The notes under the pieces are model-generated. The model was not told the origin of the DNA and did not search any database. It saw only the letters and a program-made list of their open reading frames with translations. 64,000 nt of DNA. Source: the human T2T-CHM13v2.0 reference genome, Homo sapiens. Below are positions 1 to 13,680 of this stretch, piece after piece (position 1 is the stretch's first letter; each line of letters begins with the position of its first letter). Made by a program: the position numbers and the translations under genes. The stretch lies in NCBI RefSeq assembly GCF_009914755.1, contig NC_060947.1; one strand, given 5' to 3'.

Positions 1-2246
1 TTCACCTCATCCTGTGGCTCTGATGCACTTCCCTATTTTCCAACCTGTGACCTCTTAACAATGAATCCTGACTCCTTCCCAGCAATATCATTACAGACTG
101 CCTTAAATAGCATCCCACTCCACTCCCACCAGACCTAGGGAGCCTCCAACCAAATAACATAACTCCATCCCCATTCATGAATCAGCCTCTCCTGCAGACT
201 ACTGTCCACGCCCCACTTCCATTACCAGAGCATTACCAGTGCAGCTGGGAGTCCTGCTAGGAAGATGTGTGCTGGGAGAGGGGCTGTGGTGTAGATGGCC
301 CAACAGTGGCCACTTGACTTCGGTCAGATGTTGCTAGTAAAATGGTAGTCATGGCTCTGTCTCCATTTTTACCTTTATCTGCAGACTTCTTTGCCTTGGG
401 GGATAGGGCTTGAACTTCCTGGGAATCTATTCCAGAAGGAGAATCTTGATGAAGCTGTACAGAAGTGAGTTCTGCACTGCCCAGCACTCAGCTGCCTCCA
501 GCCTGAGGTTCCTTCAGATTGGCTGGGAGCTTTCTCTCCATCTAAGGTAAAGCTTAGGGTTCCTGATCCTCATTACTTTTAGTGTAGCTGCCATCCATTC
601 CACATGCCTCCCCACAGCTACTTCTGCCTCAACAACCAAGACTTGAGTTTGAACCTAAAAGGTAGGCTCAGCTGCCCCAGCTTACCTCTAATCACTTGTG
701 ATAGTCTCCACTTCAATCTCACAACACCAGGTAATTGTATCACAGGGGTAATTCCAGTGGGTTGTGACAGAGATAGCCAGCTGTCCACCAAAGATTGTGC
801 TTCGCTTCTGTAAGTGTAGAGCTTTTGCTGGGAACCAACCATCTAGCTAGGGACTACATTTTCCACGGTCCTTATCTCAATGTTAGGCCACATGACTGGT
901 TTTATGGCAATAGTAAGTGAGCAGAAATTATAGGTATCACTCAGAAGCTGAGACAGTTAAGTATTAGGTGTGCCTTCCTCATGCTCTCCTCCCCTTTCCT
1001 TGCAACCTTGGGACCTGTGTTGAAGGTGGCAACATTACAAGATAGTTGAAGCTACGTCTCTAAATGGCGACAGAAAGCAGAGTGGCCCAACCCTTGCAGA
1101 CCACATTGGACTGCCATGAGCTAGCATTAAATTTTTGTTATGTTATACTTTTAAGATTTTGAAGTTGTGCTATAGCAGTTAGCCCATCCTGACAATATCT
1201 TAGGCCAAATATGCAGCCTAGTGTGGTCTCCAATAACCTTGCCTGAAGAGGCTCCAGTCAGCACCGTTTTGATCCATGCCGCCTGAATCTTTGCAGGAAT
1301 GTCAGGCTCCCCTTTCCGTTGCTGTATGTAAATAGGTGTTTAATCTCATCCCAAACACAGAACTTCAGATCCTCTCTCTGCCAGATGGCCAAGAACTTGA
1401 CATATGCTTTCCCAGCACTTTCTCTGCTTCAAATGACCTACACTAAAATCAACAACCAACTGTAGCTGAAAAATTTAGTGCCTTCAACCCATGTACCACC
1501 TCATGAATGGAACCCTGCAAGTTCTCTAACATGCCTCCTCAGTATAGGCTCCAAGTCATTTCTTTGAAAAGTATACATATTCTTTAGCATCTTCATGCCA
1601 CTCTTTAAACTCCTTTCTTAGGAGGTGATTTGCTGCCGTATGTCCTCTCCAACATACCCATCCCCAAACAGCCCACAAAACCCCAGAGTTTTTGGTACCT
1701 GGTAGCATCCAACATAGGCTGTGTCCTTTGTTCTGTCACCTGCCTCAGGCTCCTGTGTCCCACAGGCTCCAATGTCTACTTGGCTCTTCCTGTCAATTCC
1801 ACCATATTCCTCAGGGAATATGAAAGGTCTCTGCTCTCCAGAAGCAAACCTCTTAAATTTCTGTGTCTGTCTGATTTCCTGAGGGGAATTTTAGGCTTGA
1901 ACAACCCTGGAAAATCTCCAATGCAAATAGAGTCCCAGCTCCTTGGTGAAGCCCCCATTCCCACGCATGACCCTCCTCCAGGGACTTTAATGCTGAGACT
2001 GCTGCTGTCTCCACCATATCCCTCTCCTCCTGGGAGGGGATTCCCAACACCATTATTGCCTGGGCTACATCCAGTTTGTCTCCAGCCCTAGGCTCATTCT
2101 ATTAACAATTTAAGGGCCACAGGGCCTCATCTGCATTCAGTTCTTCGGTATGCTTTGTTTTGGGTGCAGCTAGACTCTGCATCACACACACTTCAACAAT
2201 TCTGGATGGGCCCCATCCCCTGATAACTGCCCCCACCCCAACACCA
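1..2246 (-). mobile_element. Decayed Gypsy/Ty3 (MamGyp-like) internal region: PBS, PNMA-like gag, protease remnant; runs off the window start
   Basis: Directly after the LTR end (..GTTACA) comes TGGTGTTGGGGTGGGG, resembling a tRNA-Leu PBS (TGGTGTCAGAAGTGGGAT). Minus-strand fragments RTYGSKSPPKKG/FKEWHEDA, ENLQGSIHEVVHGLK and SRESAGKAYVKFLAIWQRE parallel PNMA/Gypsy gag motifs. GLVG...IAGKESGFIVKRSQV near 150-45 resembles an aspartic-protease start. Many stops and frameshifts. Confidence 0.7.
835..1195 (+). mobile_element. MLT1-type (ERVL-MaLR) solo LTR inserted in the Gypsy gag
   Basis: Typical MLT1 text (gactacattttcc...ggccacatgactggtttt...ttaaatttttgttatgtt...gctatagcagttagccc). Confidence 0.65.
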
Positions 2247-3064
2247 TGTAACTCCCTTATTATGCCCTTTAACATCAGAAGAGTGGGCTAGTATAGTCCT
2301 TTACTGGAGGAAAAAGTCTTACTATTACCTGATCAATCACACATACAAAGCCAGGAACAATGTGAAGAATAGGTCTTTACTCACGGCTCCAGTTGCCTAT
2401 TGCAAACAGGAGAGTCGTGTCTCTGCCCTCCCCCTCCCCCTTCGTGGATTAGCTCCTCTATTCAAATCAATGGCCTCAGTAGGCCTTTGTTCTCCCCTTT
2501 CAGGGCCACCCACAGAGTTGCCCTCTCTTGGTGTCTCAAGGAGCCTCTCCTCTGAGATTCCTCCTGTCCTCTCTTCCCCCGCCCAGGCTCCTTGGCCTTT
2601 TAAGCTGTCTGTCCCCTCAAGATCTAATCTTTTTTCCTCCTTGGCCTTAGGCATGATGTGTCAGTTATATTATTCAATTGAGTTTGCCCCTGGATGGAGC
2701 TAGAAAGGGCTTGTACCCCTGCAGGTGGAAAGGGAGATGAAGGAAAGCATTCCCCACTGGTCCAGCTTCAGGGTCAAGCACTTACAAGGGTCAAGCACTC
2801 ACAGTGAACCATGATTCCTACCTCAGAGAAGCCCTCAGGTGCCTCTTACAATCGGGCCTTTCACGTTGACAGGGGTGACTGCCTCTTAACATACCCTCTG
2901 TGTGTAACGCTGCTAAAAGAATCTCGTATCAGTTTGCTCCCCTTTGGGTTGCATCACAAAAGATCCCCTTCGGTTATCCCAGTCTGGTGTGTTCCAGGCC
3001 CCAGGAAGGGTGCAGAGAGGAAAAACCCCATCTAGCTGCATTGGACAACTCCACTTATGTGACA
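2247..3064 (-). mobile_element. Gypsy-type LTR (MamGypLTR-like), 5' LTR of the element at 1-2246
   Basis: Ends in ..GTTACA next to the PBS on the minus strand. Has a TATA-like cttaaaag, a purine-rich segment and an agtaaa polyA-like signal. The upstream TG boundary is uncertain (2850, 2957 or 3064). Confidence 0.6.
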
Positions 3065-3119
3065 TTACTATGGCTCTATTCTCAACTTCACCAGATTTCA
3101 ACTCTATCCCACCTCCATT

Positions 3120-3290
3120 ATTTATTCCATTCAATCATGTATTCATTTATTCATCAAAACTCACTGTCTCAGGCCCTAAGCTAGGTGCTGGGGATACAGA
3201 GACAAATAAGATGTAGTCCCCACTCTCTGGTTGTTCCCACACAATGGAAACAGACAAGCACAGTATGCTGCAATTAGTACTATGAAAGAA
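3120..3290 (-). mobile_element. L2 3' end fragment
   Basis: cattcaatcatgtattcatttattcatc...ctaggtgctggggatacagagacaaataag is an L2 tail signature. Confidence 0.6.
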
Positions 3291-4071
3291 GGAAGCAGTT
3301 ACTCCTCTTTCCAATGTAGAGGCATTTATTTCATTTTCTTTCCTAATTTCTTTGGCTTGAACCTCTAGCACATTGTTAAATAGGAGTGGTGAGAGTGGAC
3401 ATCTTTGTTTTATTCCTAATCTCAGGAGAAGAAATTTTGGTCCTTCACCATTCAGTATGATGTTAGCTGTGGGTTTTTAAAGATAGCCTTTATCAGGATG
3501 CGGAAGTTTCCTTCTATTTCTAGTTTGCTTAGTATGTTTATCATGAAAAGGTATTAGATTTTTGTCAATTGTCTATTGAAATAATCATGTGGATTTTTTC
3601 ATGATTCTAATAATATGGTATATGGTATATTACATTGATTGGTTTTCATATATTGAACCAACCTTGAACCCCTGGTGTAAGTCCCACTTGGTCATTGTAG
3701 ATGATTCTTCTTAAATGCTGCTAGATTTGATTTGCTAGTATTTTGTTGAGGATTTTTGAAATCATATTCACAAGAGATATTGATCTGTAGTTTTCTTTTG
3801 TTGTGATGTATTTTTCTGGTTTTGTTATCAGGGCAATACTATCCTCATAAAAGAGTTAGGAAGTGTTCACTTTTCTATTTTTTGGAAGAGTTTGCAATTG
3901 ATTGGCTATTTCTCCTTTAAACATTTGGTAGAATTCACCAATGAAGCCATCTGGGCCTAGGTTTTTCTTCGTGGGTAGTTTTTTTTTTTAATTGCTAATT
4001 GAGTCTCTTTACTTGTTAAAGGTCTATTCAGATTATCAACTTCTTCTTGGATCCATTTCAGCGGTTTGTTT

Positions 4072-6035
<1,964 letters not shown>

Positions 6036-6349
6036 GTATCTTTCTAGGAATTTGTTCATTTCATCTATGAAATGTGTTGGCTACAGTTATCGATATCTCC
6101 TTATAATCATTTTTAAGGTTGGTAATGATGCCTCTCTTTCATTCCTGATTTTAGTAATTTGAACCTTCTCTATTTCTATTTCAGTCTAACTAAAAGATTG
6201 TCAATTTTGTTGATGTTTTCAAAGAAAAAATTTTTTATCACTTTTCTCTATTGTTTGCTATTCCTTATTTCATTCATTTCCATTCCAATCCTTATTCTTC
6301 CCTTCCTTCTCCTTGCTTTAGGTTTAATTTGCTCTTCTTTTTGTTAGAC

Positions 6350-6540
6350 AAATACTGCCAATTTTCTTGCCATGTCATTCTGGGTTAGTTACTCCATCTC
6401 TGAGAGCTTTAGTTCCTCATTTGCAAAATGCTAGGACCTACCTCTTCATAGGTTGTTGAGAGGATAAAGTGAGATAATGCTGAAGTACTTGGTGCTTAGC
6501 CTGGCACAGAGTCAGTGCTTAACAAATGGTAGTTCTTATT
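6350..6540. mobile_element. MIR
   Basis: MIR core (gttacttcatctctgag..ttcctcatttgcaaaatg..ggttgttgagaggataaa). Confidence 0.75.
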
Positions 6541-7109
6541 GCTTGTTTGTGCCAGGTCCTGTACTTGGCGTTTCATCCATGTAATGCTGCAATTATGCCC
6601 CATGACGTCTTGCAAGAGTGGAATCAATTATAAGACTTTAAAAATATCTTTTACTTATGGCCAACCCAAACACATTCGAAATCTAGAAAATGGGGTAAAC
6701 CATTTCTCCACTGTTACTAGTTGATAGTCTTTAGTCCACAGATCTGCCTCAAATGGGTGCTTGGAAGGCTGTCATTCCTGGGTACCCCTCCTTCCTTCTT
6801 TTATTACTCCTTTGCCCCCATCCCCACTTCTACCCCCAGGGTCCTTGCACTATTCTGCTACCACCTCTTGTGGTCAAGGATGGTGAGATTGATTGGCCCT
6901 TTATGGCCAAGATCAGTGGGAAGAGCTCCTGGCTCTGGAAGGACAGGGGAACCCCTCATTCTTCAGATGAAGCACCTTCCAGACCAGTAAACCACTCTAT
7001 TGCTTCTATCCATTTCCCGTCTGAAAAAAAAAAAGTCAATACATTGTTACAATAGATGGCTTCTTCATGTGAGGTAAACATGGGGAGGAATGATTGGATG
7101 ACTTATGAT

Positions 7110-7500
7110 ATGAAAAGACTTCTCACCAGGAGTAAGAACAGTGAAGTGCAAGCATCCTAATGGAACCTTTTGCGCTCTTGCAAAGAAGAGTACTGCAACA
7201 TCCCCTCAGTGAGTTGGGAGCGTCAGGTGGATATCAGGGATCTTTGCACACCAGGTAGAAGCTAGTCACATGAGATAAATCTTCACTGAGCATAAAAGCT
7301 CACTCTATGCCAGTCATCACATTGGACTTCCCAACATCATTTGAGGGCCACTGTCACTGAATTCTCCAATCAGACAGTAAGAAATCTTTTTCTCAAGAAT
7401 ACTACTAGCCACATTCTTGTCCCAGAAACACCTCCCAATTCCACAGGCTCCAACTCCGAGGTGTCCAGATGATATTTTGTGGGAGGAAGCTTATTAATTC
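7110..7500 (-). pseudogene. Endogenous bornavirus-like matrix relic (EBLM, copy 1)
   Basis: FMLSEDLSHVTSFYLVCKDP aligns gap-free with BoDV-1 M FQIDDFLLLTLNSLSVYKDP. VELGGVSG matches IDFVGGTS. HLTLP is shared with M copy 2 (YLTLP). Lies directly downstream of G copy 1. Confidence 0.62.
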
Positions 7501-7589
7501 CTGGAGTCTTGGAGAGAGCTGCCTACTCCTATCAAAGATTGAGGTAGCATGGCGTCCCTGTGATGCTCAAAAGTTGTTACACGCACCCC

Positions 7590-9422
7590 ACTATTTGTTC
7601 CCACAATCTCCTCTCTTCAGCAGCTTTGACAAGAAACAACTAATCTTATCACTATTATTATTGCCTGGAGCTGGGAGTATCCCCTATCCTGATTACTTCC
7701 CTGATGAGTAGATATTGTTATAAACCATTATGTCGGTGGTTCTCAAGGTGTGGCCTCCAAACCAGCAGCATCAGCATTCACCTGAATAGCTGCTGGAAAT
7801 GCAAATTCTTGGCCGCATCCCACACCTATTCAATCAGAAATCCTGGAGTAGGCCTTAGCCATCTGTGTTTTAACAATTCCTCCAGATGATACTGATGCCT
7901 GCTTGAGTTTTGAAAACCATTGCATTATGGGTCCGACCCCTATTCCTTCTTCCAGTTGTATTTTGTAAAGTGGCAAGCATCCTGACCAGTTCATTACCAG
8001 ATACAAAATTGCTGTCTGGCAGTACAGTAGCTTATGTCTAACCAGGACTTTCAAATGTTGTAGCAAAATCTGATCTCTGAACAGGCTTTCAGGTGTCTTA
8101 CACAGGTGTCACGTTGTTTTTCTTTTGTGTCAGTGATGCTGTGTTGCCACCATCACTTGCCTATCAGCAGCTGGGAACTTGCTCCTTAGCACATATGCAA
8201 ACTTGGCTCCTATCTGCCCATCTGGGCCCTTGCCACTGATGTCAAAAATATCCAGTGGCCAGATAGGACTCTCTTCCAAATATCAAAAAGGAAAGTGGGA
8301 GACCAGGGGCATCTCCTTCATAGCATTATGTGCATGAACTCAAAAGCCCATATACCCATTCTACCTGCCTCTGTTATGCCCAGAGGGTCCCCAACATATT
8401 TTTTTAAAGTTCTTTAAGTCTCAATTCAGGGATTCTTTGGATAATGATAAGAATATTTTTCACCTTTTGATTTCTGCCCATTGAAGCAGTTCCCATAACA
8501 ACCAACTCTGAAACTCTCTCTTGGGCAGAATGTATCCAAGCAAAACATGCCTGCCAGCATACTTGTGATGTTGTGGATGCTCTCTGATTCCAGGTAAGGT
8601 TCACTGGGCAAGACAAGTAGCAAAACACAAGTATGTTGCCCAGGTCATATTTATTTTATTCTAGAGGAAAAAAAAAAAAAAAAGGAATTCTAAGGGTTTG
8701 GTGGGCTGATTTATTTTCAAATAGGTTATTTGCATGGTCAGTGATTTTACTGAATGCTTGAGATGCAGGTATGACATTTTATTTGAACTTCCTTGGTTAT
8801 TTTGGGCCACAGAAAATTAACTCCATATCTATTCCCTCCCTGAAGTGTCTATTGTCATGTATTCTACAGAGTACCATAGGGTCATATTTCTGAGGTCATT
8901 CAAAATGTACTTCTACACCCCATTCAAGGGCACTGTAACACCTTATGCAATACTCTATTCATCGGGGGCACTTTGTGCCTTTCTTGGAACCTAACACTTG
9001 TGCTTTGGGACAAGTGTTAGTTTCCACCAGAGGGGCAGTTCCCCTACAGCCTGCAGCTCCACATTATATCACTGAAATATGTCCTTTCCCCATCAGGGGA
9101 AGTGAGACTAGCTGAAATTCACAGAGTTTATAACTGCTCTGGGCACAGGCTACAGGAGTACCTTAGGCTTGAAGTCTTGCCCTTCCTATTCAGGGAGGTA
9201 GCCCTTTTTCCATCACAGATTGTTTGTATCCCTTTGCTAGATGTGGTGTTAATGTCTACCAGGTGTGCTTTATAGAAAAGAGCTCCTGATCTCTGTTACA
9301 TACCAAATTGATAACAAGTACTGCTCAGGCAACCACTGAGTAACATTCAACTTAGTACCCTTAAAGACATATGTTAGAGAATTGATACCCACCCAAATTC
9401 TGAAGAGTAAAGATTTATCCAT
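7590..9422 (-). pseudogene. Endogenous bornavirus-like glycoprotein relic (EBLG, copy 1), near full length, interrupted by MER5A
   Basis: ATG at 9422. Collinear matches to BoDV-1 G with similar spacing: LVCNRD/LSCNTD (~9300); QCP*MGC/YCSFADC (~8935); FKKYVGDP/FLRSWLNHP (~8400); SGHWIFLTSVARAQ/NGRKYFLNDEGRLQ; PDSNFVSGNE/PQTSIASGHE (~8005); NNIYSSGK*SG*GILP/SNITSTDTGSGWVHIGLP (~7700); then hydrophobic AIIIVIRLVV. Confidence 0.78.
7733..7922. mobile_element. MER5A (hAT-Charlie MITE) inside EBLG copy 1
   Basis: gtggttctcaag...cagcagcatcagcat...gaaatgcaaattctt...tttgaaaaccattg, flanked by an 8-bp near-duplication cattatgt/cattatgg. Confidence 0.85.
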
Positions 9423-9469
9423 GATTTTTCACTTCAGGCTGAAAACTCAAGTTTTCCTTTTTTGAAAAA

Positions 9470-9757
9470 AAATTAATTTTATTTTAAGTTCCAGGATACA
9501 TGTGGAGGACATGCAGGTTTGTTATACAGGTAAGCTTACGTGTGCCATGGTGGTTTGTTGCACCTATCAACCCATCACCCAGGTATTAAGCCCCACATGT
9601 ATTAGCTATTCTTCCTGATGCTCTCCCCCACCCAACACCCCCAACAGGCCCCAGCATGTGTTGTTTCCCCTCCCTGTGTCCATGTGTTCTTATCGTTCAG
9701 CTTCCACTTATAATAAGTGAGCACATGCGGTGTTTGGTTTTCTGTTCCTGTATTAGA
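9470..9757 (-). mobile_element. L1PA 3' end fragment
   Basis: Antisense L1PA 3' UTR (ttaagttccaggatacatgtg..ccccaacaggccccagc). Confidence 0.85.
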
Positions 9758-9939
9758 AACACAAGTTTTTCTAATTACTTGAGTTGTGTGCCTACTCCGT
9801 CAATTTTTAAACTTTCTCATTTTCTAATAAATGTCTTTATGGCTATAACTTCATTTCTGAGTATGCTTTGGCCCGGTTAATTTCCTCCTTAACCCATTAA
9901 TTGTTTAGAATATGTTCTTAAATACCTAAATGTATGGCT

Positions 9940-10275
9940 ATCATCATGGTCTAAATGTTTGTGACACCCCAAAATTTATATGTTGAAACCTAATCACTAA
10001 TGTGATAGTATTGGAAGATGGGACCTTTGAGAAGAGATTTGATGAGTACCCTCATAAAAGAGGCCCCAAACAGCTAGCTACCCTCTACCACCATGTAAGG
10101 AGACAGTGAGAAGGCACTGTCTATGAACAGGAAAGTGGGCTTTCATCAGACCCAATCTGCTGGCACCTTGATCTTGGAATTTCCAGCCTCCAGAACTGTG
10201 GGAAATAAATTTTTGTTGTTTATAAGCTACCCAGTATATGGTGCTTTGTTAAAACACCCAAACAGACTAAGACAG
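9940..10275 (+). mobile_element. MaLR solo LTR (MLT1A/MST-like)
   Basis: atggtctaaatgtttgtg..ttccagcctccagaactgtgggaaataaat..gactaagaca. Confidence 0.8.
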
Positions 10276-10279
10276 ATAT

Positions 10280-11030
10280 TTGTCTTTTTATTTTTTATTT
10301 TTAAATTTGTTGCATTGTGCTCAGTAAATGTGGTCTGTTTACAATAAATTTTAAAAATATTTATCAAGATTGGCAATTTACATGAACATTTCATATGCAC
10401 CTGAAAATAATATGTATTTTTAACTGTTGGGTACAAAGTTTTATATCTATATACATAAATGCATGCACACTGTTTATATCATCAAGTCTATTAATATTAT
10501 TAGCCAATACCTCTCTATTCTTAATTATTCTTTATCTAGTGATCTTCCCATTTCTGAGAGTTATGCTAAAGTCTCCCACTTTGATTGTAGAATCATAAAT
10601 TTCTCCTTGTAATTATTGTTTTATATATTTTGAAACTACTTCCTTAGGTTCATATGATTTTCTGCCTCTATTATATCTTCCTGGTAAATTGTTCCTTTAT
10701 TCATTTTGAAATTTCCCTCTTTGTCCCTTTAATGTTATTTCATCTACTACTAATAATGCTTTCTTTTTGTTAATATTTGTCTGGCATATCATTTTCTATC
10801 CCCTTATATTTTTAACCTTCCTGTGTCATTTTGTTTAGCTGTTATTTGTCTTCTATACTCAAGCGAGAACACCTGTGATTTAATAGATGAATTTCTTCAC
10901 ATATATTCTTATTACTGATATGTTTTGACTCAAATCTGTCTTGTTTTGTATTTTCTATTTACCTTGATTTCTCTTTGTTTCTTCTGTACTGAAAAAATGA
11001 TTTTCTTTTCTCACAGTTCCTCTTCTGATT
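10280..11030 (-). mobile_element. Old L1 (L1M/L1ME) fragment
   Basis: T-rich antisense L1 EN-region text (gttatgctaaagtctcccact..). Confidence 0.65.
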
Positions 11031-11044
11031 TGAAATCTAAACAT

Positions 11045-11305
11045 TTGGGAAGCAGGAAATGAATGATCAGAGAGTTGAAGTGTTTAGTTCAAGGGTAAGT
11101 GTTTAGTTCAAGTAAGTGTGACCTTAGTGACTTGATACCTTTAGGTATCTGTGCCAAGATTAAAACCCAGATCTGACTGATTTCAAAGTCAAATGTCTCA
11201 TATCCTTTGTGGAATGAGGCAAGATATAAATAAGAAAACTCAAAATCCAGGCTCTTCCTAATTCAGATTCTTTATTAAGAACTGACTGTGTGCCAGGCAC
11301 TGTTC
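11045..11305. mobile_element. MIR-like fragment
   Basis: gattaaaacccagatctgactgatttcaaag and tgtgccaggcactgttc motifs. Confidence 0.5.
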
Positions 11306-11309
11306 AAAG

Positions 11310-13075
11310 AGCTTCTCACTTTCTTCACCTCACTGTCATCAGTTTGAACAGAAAATAAGCACAACGTACCTGTAAGTTATGCTAGGCAAGACTGCCTGCT
11401 GCTCAGTATTGGAGGCCTCCATGTCCTCTACCTGGACATAACATACGAGGTGAGCACTCATCTTCCCCAAAATACAAGGTAATCTACCAATCTCCACTGG
11501 GTAGTCCTTCATTCTTTCATTTAACCAATATACATCAAACACCTACCATATACCATGCATTAGTTTCTGCCCTCTTGGAGCTTATATTCTAGTGTAGAAG
11601 GCAGATAATAAACAAGAAGACAAAAAGTAAATTACGCTATCAGATAGTAATAAGTTCTATAAGAAAATAGAGTTGAATACTTTAGAGTGACTGGTGGGAG
11701 GTAGGGTCTACTTTAGATAGGGTGGTCAGGAAAGGCTCTCTACAAGAGAAAATGTATCTATATGTACAAGTGGTTGTAGATAGGAGATCTATGTGTCTGA
11801 CTCTATAATAAGATGTAGTCAGAGATAGCCTCTCTGAGAAAGAGGCATTGGATCTGAGAAACTAAATAATGAAAAGAGCAAACTATGTGGCTATGGTGGC
11901 AGGCATTCCAGGCAAAGGAAACAGAGCGGCGGGAACAGGCCTCGAGATGGATTTTGGTGTGTTTAAGGTAAAGCAAGAAGGCTGGCATGGTTGAGGGGAA
12001 AGTGGTGGAAGATAAAGTCAGAAAGCGGGTTAGCGGCAGCATTAGCAGGACATTGCAGGCCATGGTTATGAGTTGATTTTGTTCTAAATACGATAAGAAG
12101 CCATTGAAAGGTCTTGTTGTTGCTTCTGCTGTTGTTTTATTGTTTTGTTTTGTTTTGTTTTGCATTTAACCATGGAAATTTTCAAACATATAACAAATTA
12201 GAATGATACAATGAATCCTCATGTAACTATCACTCAGCTCCAACAACTAACATATGGTCAATCTTATTTCCTTTATACCCTCCATGCCACCCATAGGCAC
12301 TGAATTATTAAGCATAACCCAGATAGCATACCCTTTAATCTGCAAATACTTTATTATATAGCTACAAAAATGAGGACTCTTTATTTTTAAACATTACCAC
12401 AATATATTGGAGAGATTTATATATGGGAGTGGTATGGTATAATTTGTATTTAAAAGATCATTCTAGCTACTTATGTAGAATGGATTATAGGTGCTCAAGG
12501 GTGGCAATGAAGAGATAGGTTAGGCTATTGCAGTGGTCCAGGAGACAGATGGTGATGGTTTGACCCAGGAGTAGCATTGGAGATGGAGACAAGTCAGGCT
12601 TCTGTAAATGGGAAGGTAATAGTAGCCCATGAAGCTAGGAAACCTTGTAATTATAAAATTCTAAGGGAGCTCCTGTTCTAAAACCACAGTCGCTTTTGTC
12701 AGCATTATCCAAATGCTTTGAGGAAAAAGAATGGTCCCTGGAAATGCTACTCTGGGGTAGCCAAGGATGGTTGCTCTGTACATCACCCAAACCATCTGGC
12801 CTGAGGTATAGATACTTATGCTGCCCAAATATATCACCACTTCACAGTTTTGAGGTACATGCTGGATGCTGGTCATGATGTAGTATAACACTCCTAGCAC
12901 TACTAGGAGGGCCACAATACAATAGTTGACGTGGCAGTCCAGGGTTCTGCCTACTTATAAAGCTGCTGCAGATTTGCTGAGATCACTGCTCCTGAAGGCC
13001 TAAGCCAGGATGGAGATCCCAGGATCACTGCTTGCCAGACCAGCCAACGGCACTGTAGCCACAGAGGTCTCTAGC
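11310..13075 (-). pseudogene. Endogenous bornavirus-like nucleoprotein relic (EBLN-b), interrupted by L2
   Basis: Matches to BoDV-1 N: DLHPGLG/DPHPGIG (~13010); DLSKSAAAL/DIRQNAVAL; VNYCIVALLVVLGVLY..VPQN/VTPSLVFLCLLIPGLH..VPRE (ORF 12661-12915); IITRFPSFMGYYYLP/IKKRFKTMMAALNRP (~12640). The continuation at 11505-11310 is weaker. Confidence 0.75.
11508..12595 (-). mobile_element. L2 (with an internal L1M fragment at ~12160-12410)
   Basis: cattctttcatttaac..ctgccctcttggagcttatattctag..ggtcaggaaaggc..ggctattgcagtggtccagg L2 text. Confidence 0.8.
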
Positions 13076-13339
13076 TGTAGTCAAGGAGGAAAAGAAAACG
13101 TACAAACTGGAAAAAAACTGGGGTTGAATTTAAGATTTTCTCTGGGGACTGAACTAGGCCATAAGATGACATGACAGGTGGCAGGAGGATGTAAAACAAA
13201 TCACGAGGTTGATGTCAAGAAAATCAGCAACAGGTTGGAAAGGAGTGTACATGCAGGGTCAGTGAAAGTGGCTCAGGGTGTAAGCTACAAATCATTCAGG
13301 AGCGTCAGAGGCTGGTTCCAGCCATGTGGTTTGAGATTT

Positions 13340-13680
13340 GGGTAGAGGTGGAGGTGGCTGATAGGAGAAATCCTGTCAGGCAGAGTGAGATACTGGCAGA
13401 TGCTCCTCTACTCATCTGTTCCTTTTGGGATTACACATGAAGATGCATGTCTGCTGAGGCCTCAGCTTCCTGAATATTTAGGCCACTCTGCATGTAGCCA
13501 GAAGAAAAGGGATGGACAGTTGTGGCATGAGTCTTGTGTAATCTTGGTTGTCCTAGGGGAGTCTTAGCTTACTGTTTTGAGGGGTGCGTAAAGCTTCCCC
13601 TATTCTCCCCAGATATTTATGTCAATAAAATTTCAGAGCATGCACTCCTCTGGCCCTGGCACACAGTATTCATATTTCAT
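13340..13680 (-). pseudogene. Endogenous bornavirus-like matrix relic (EBLM, copy 2)
   Basis: From the ATG at 13680: MKYEYCVPGPEECML..LYAPLKTVS..PRTTKIT versus BoDV-1 M LKDKVIVPGWPTLML..LNIPFLSVK..PREKKLT. Lies directly downstream of G copy 2. Confidence 0.72.

Noticed and set aside
8105-8125. KEKQRDT as the G furin site
   Set aside because: It lies downstream of GP2 motifs, so the position is wrong.
8668-8683. A-run as the polyA tail of a viral retrocopy
   Set aside because: It is poly-T in the viral sense and lies in the middle of G, so it is more likely a microsatellite expansion.
12790-12845. VVIYLGSISIYTS resembling Gypsy RT VVVYLDDILIYS, or the N C-terminal LASAAFYWS..YRA
   Set aside because: It lacks the catalytic DD, and the flanking motifs on both sides place it collinearly in the N-terminal half of a bornavirus-like N.
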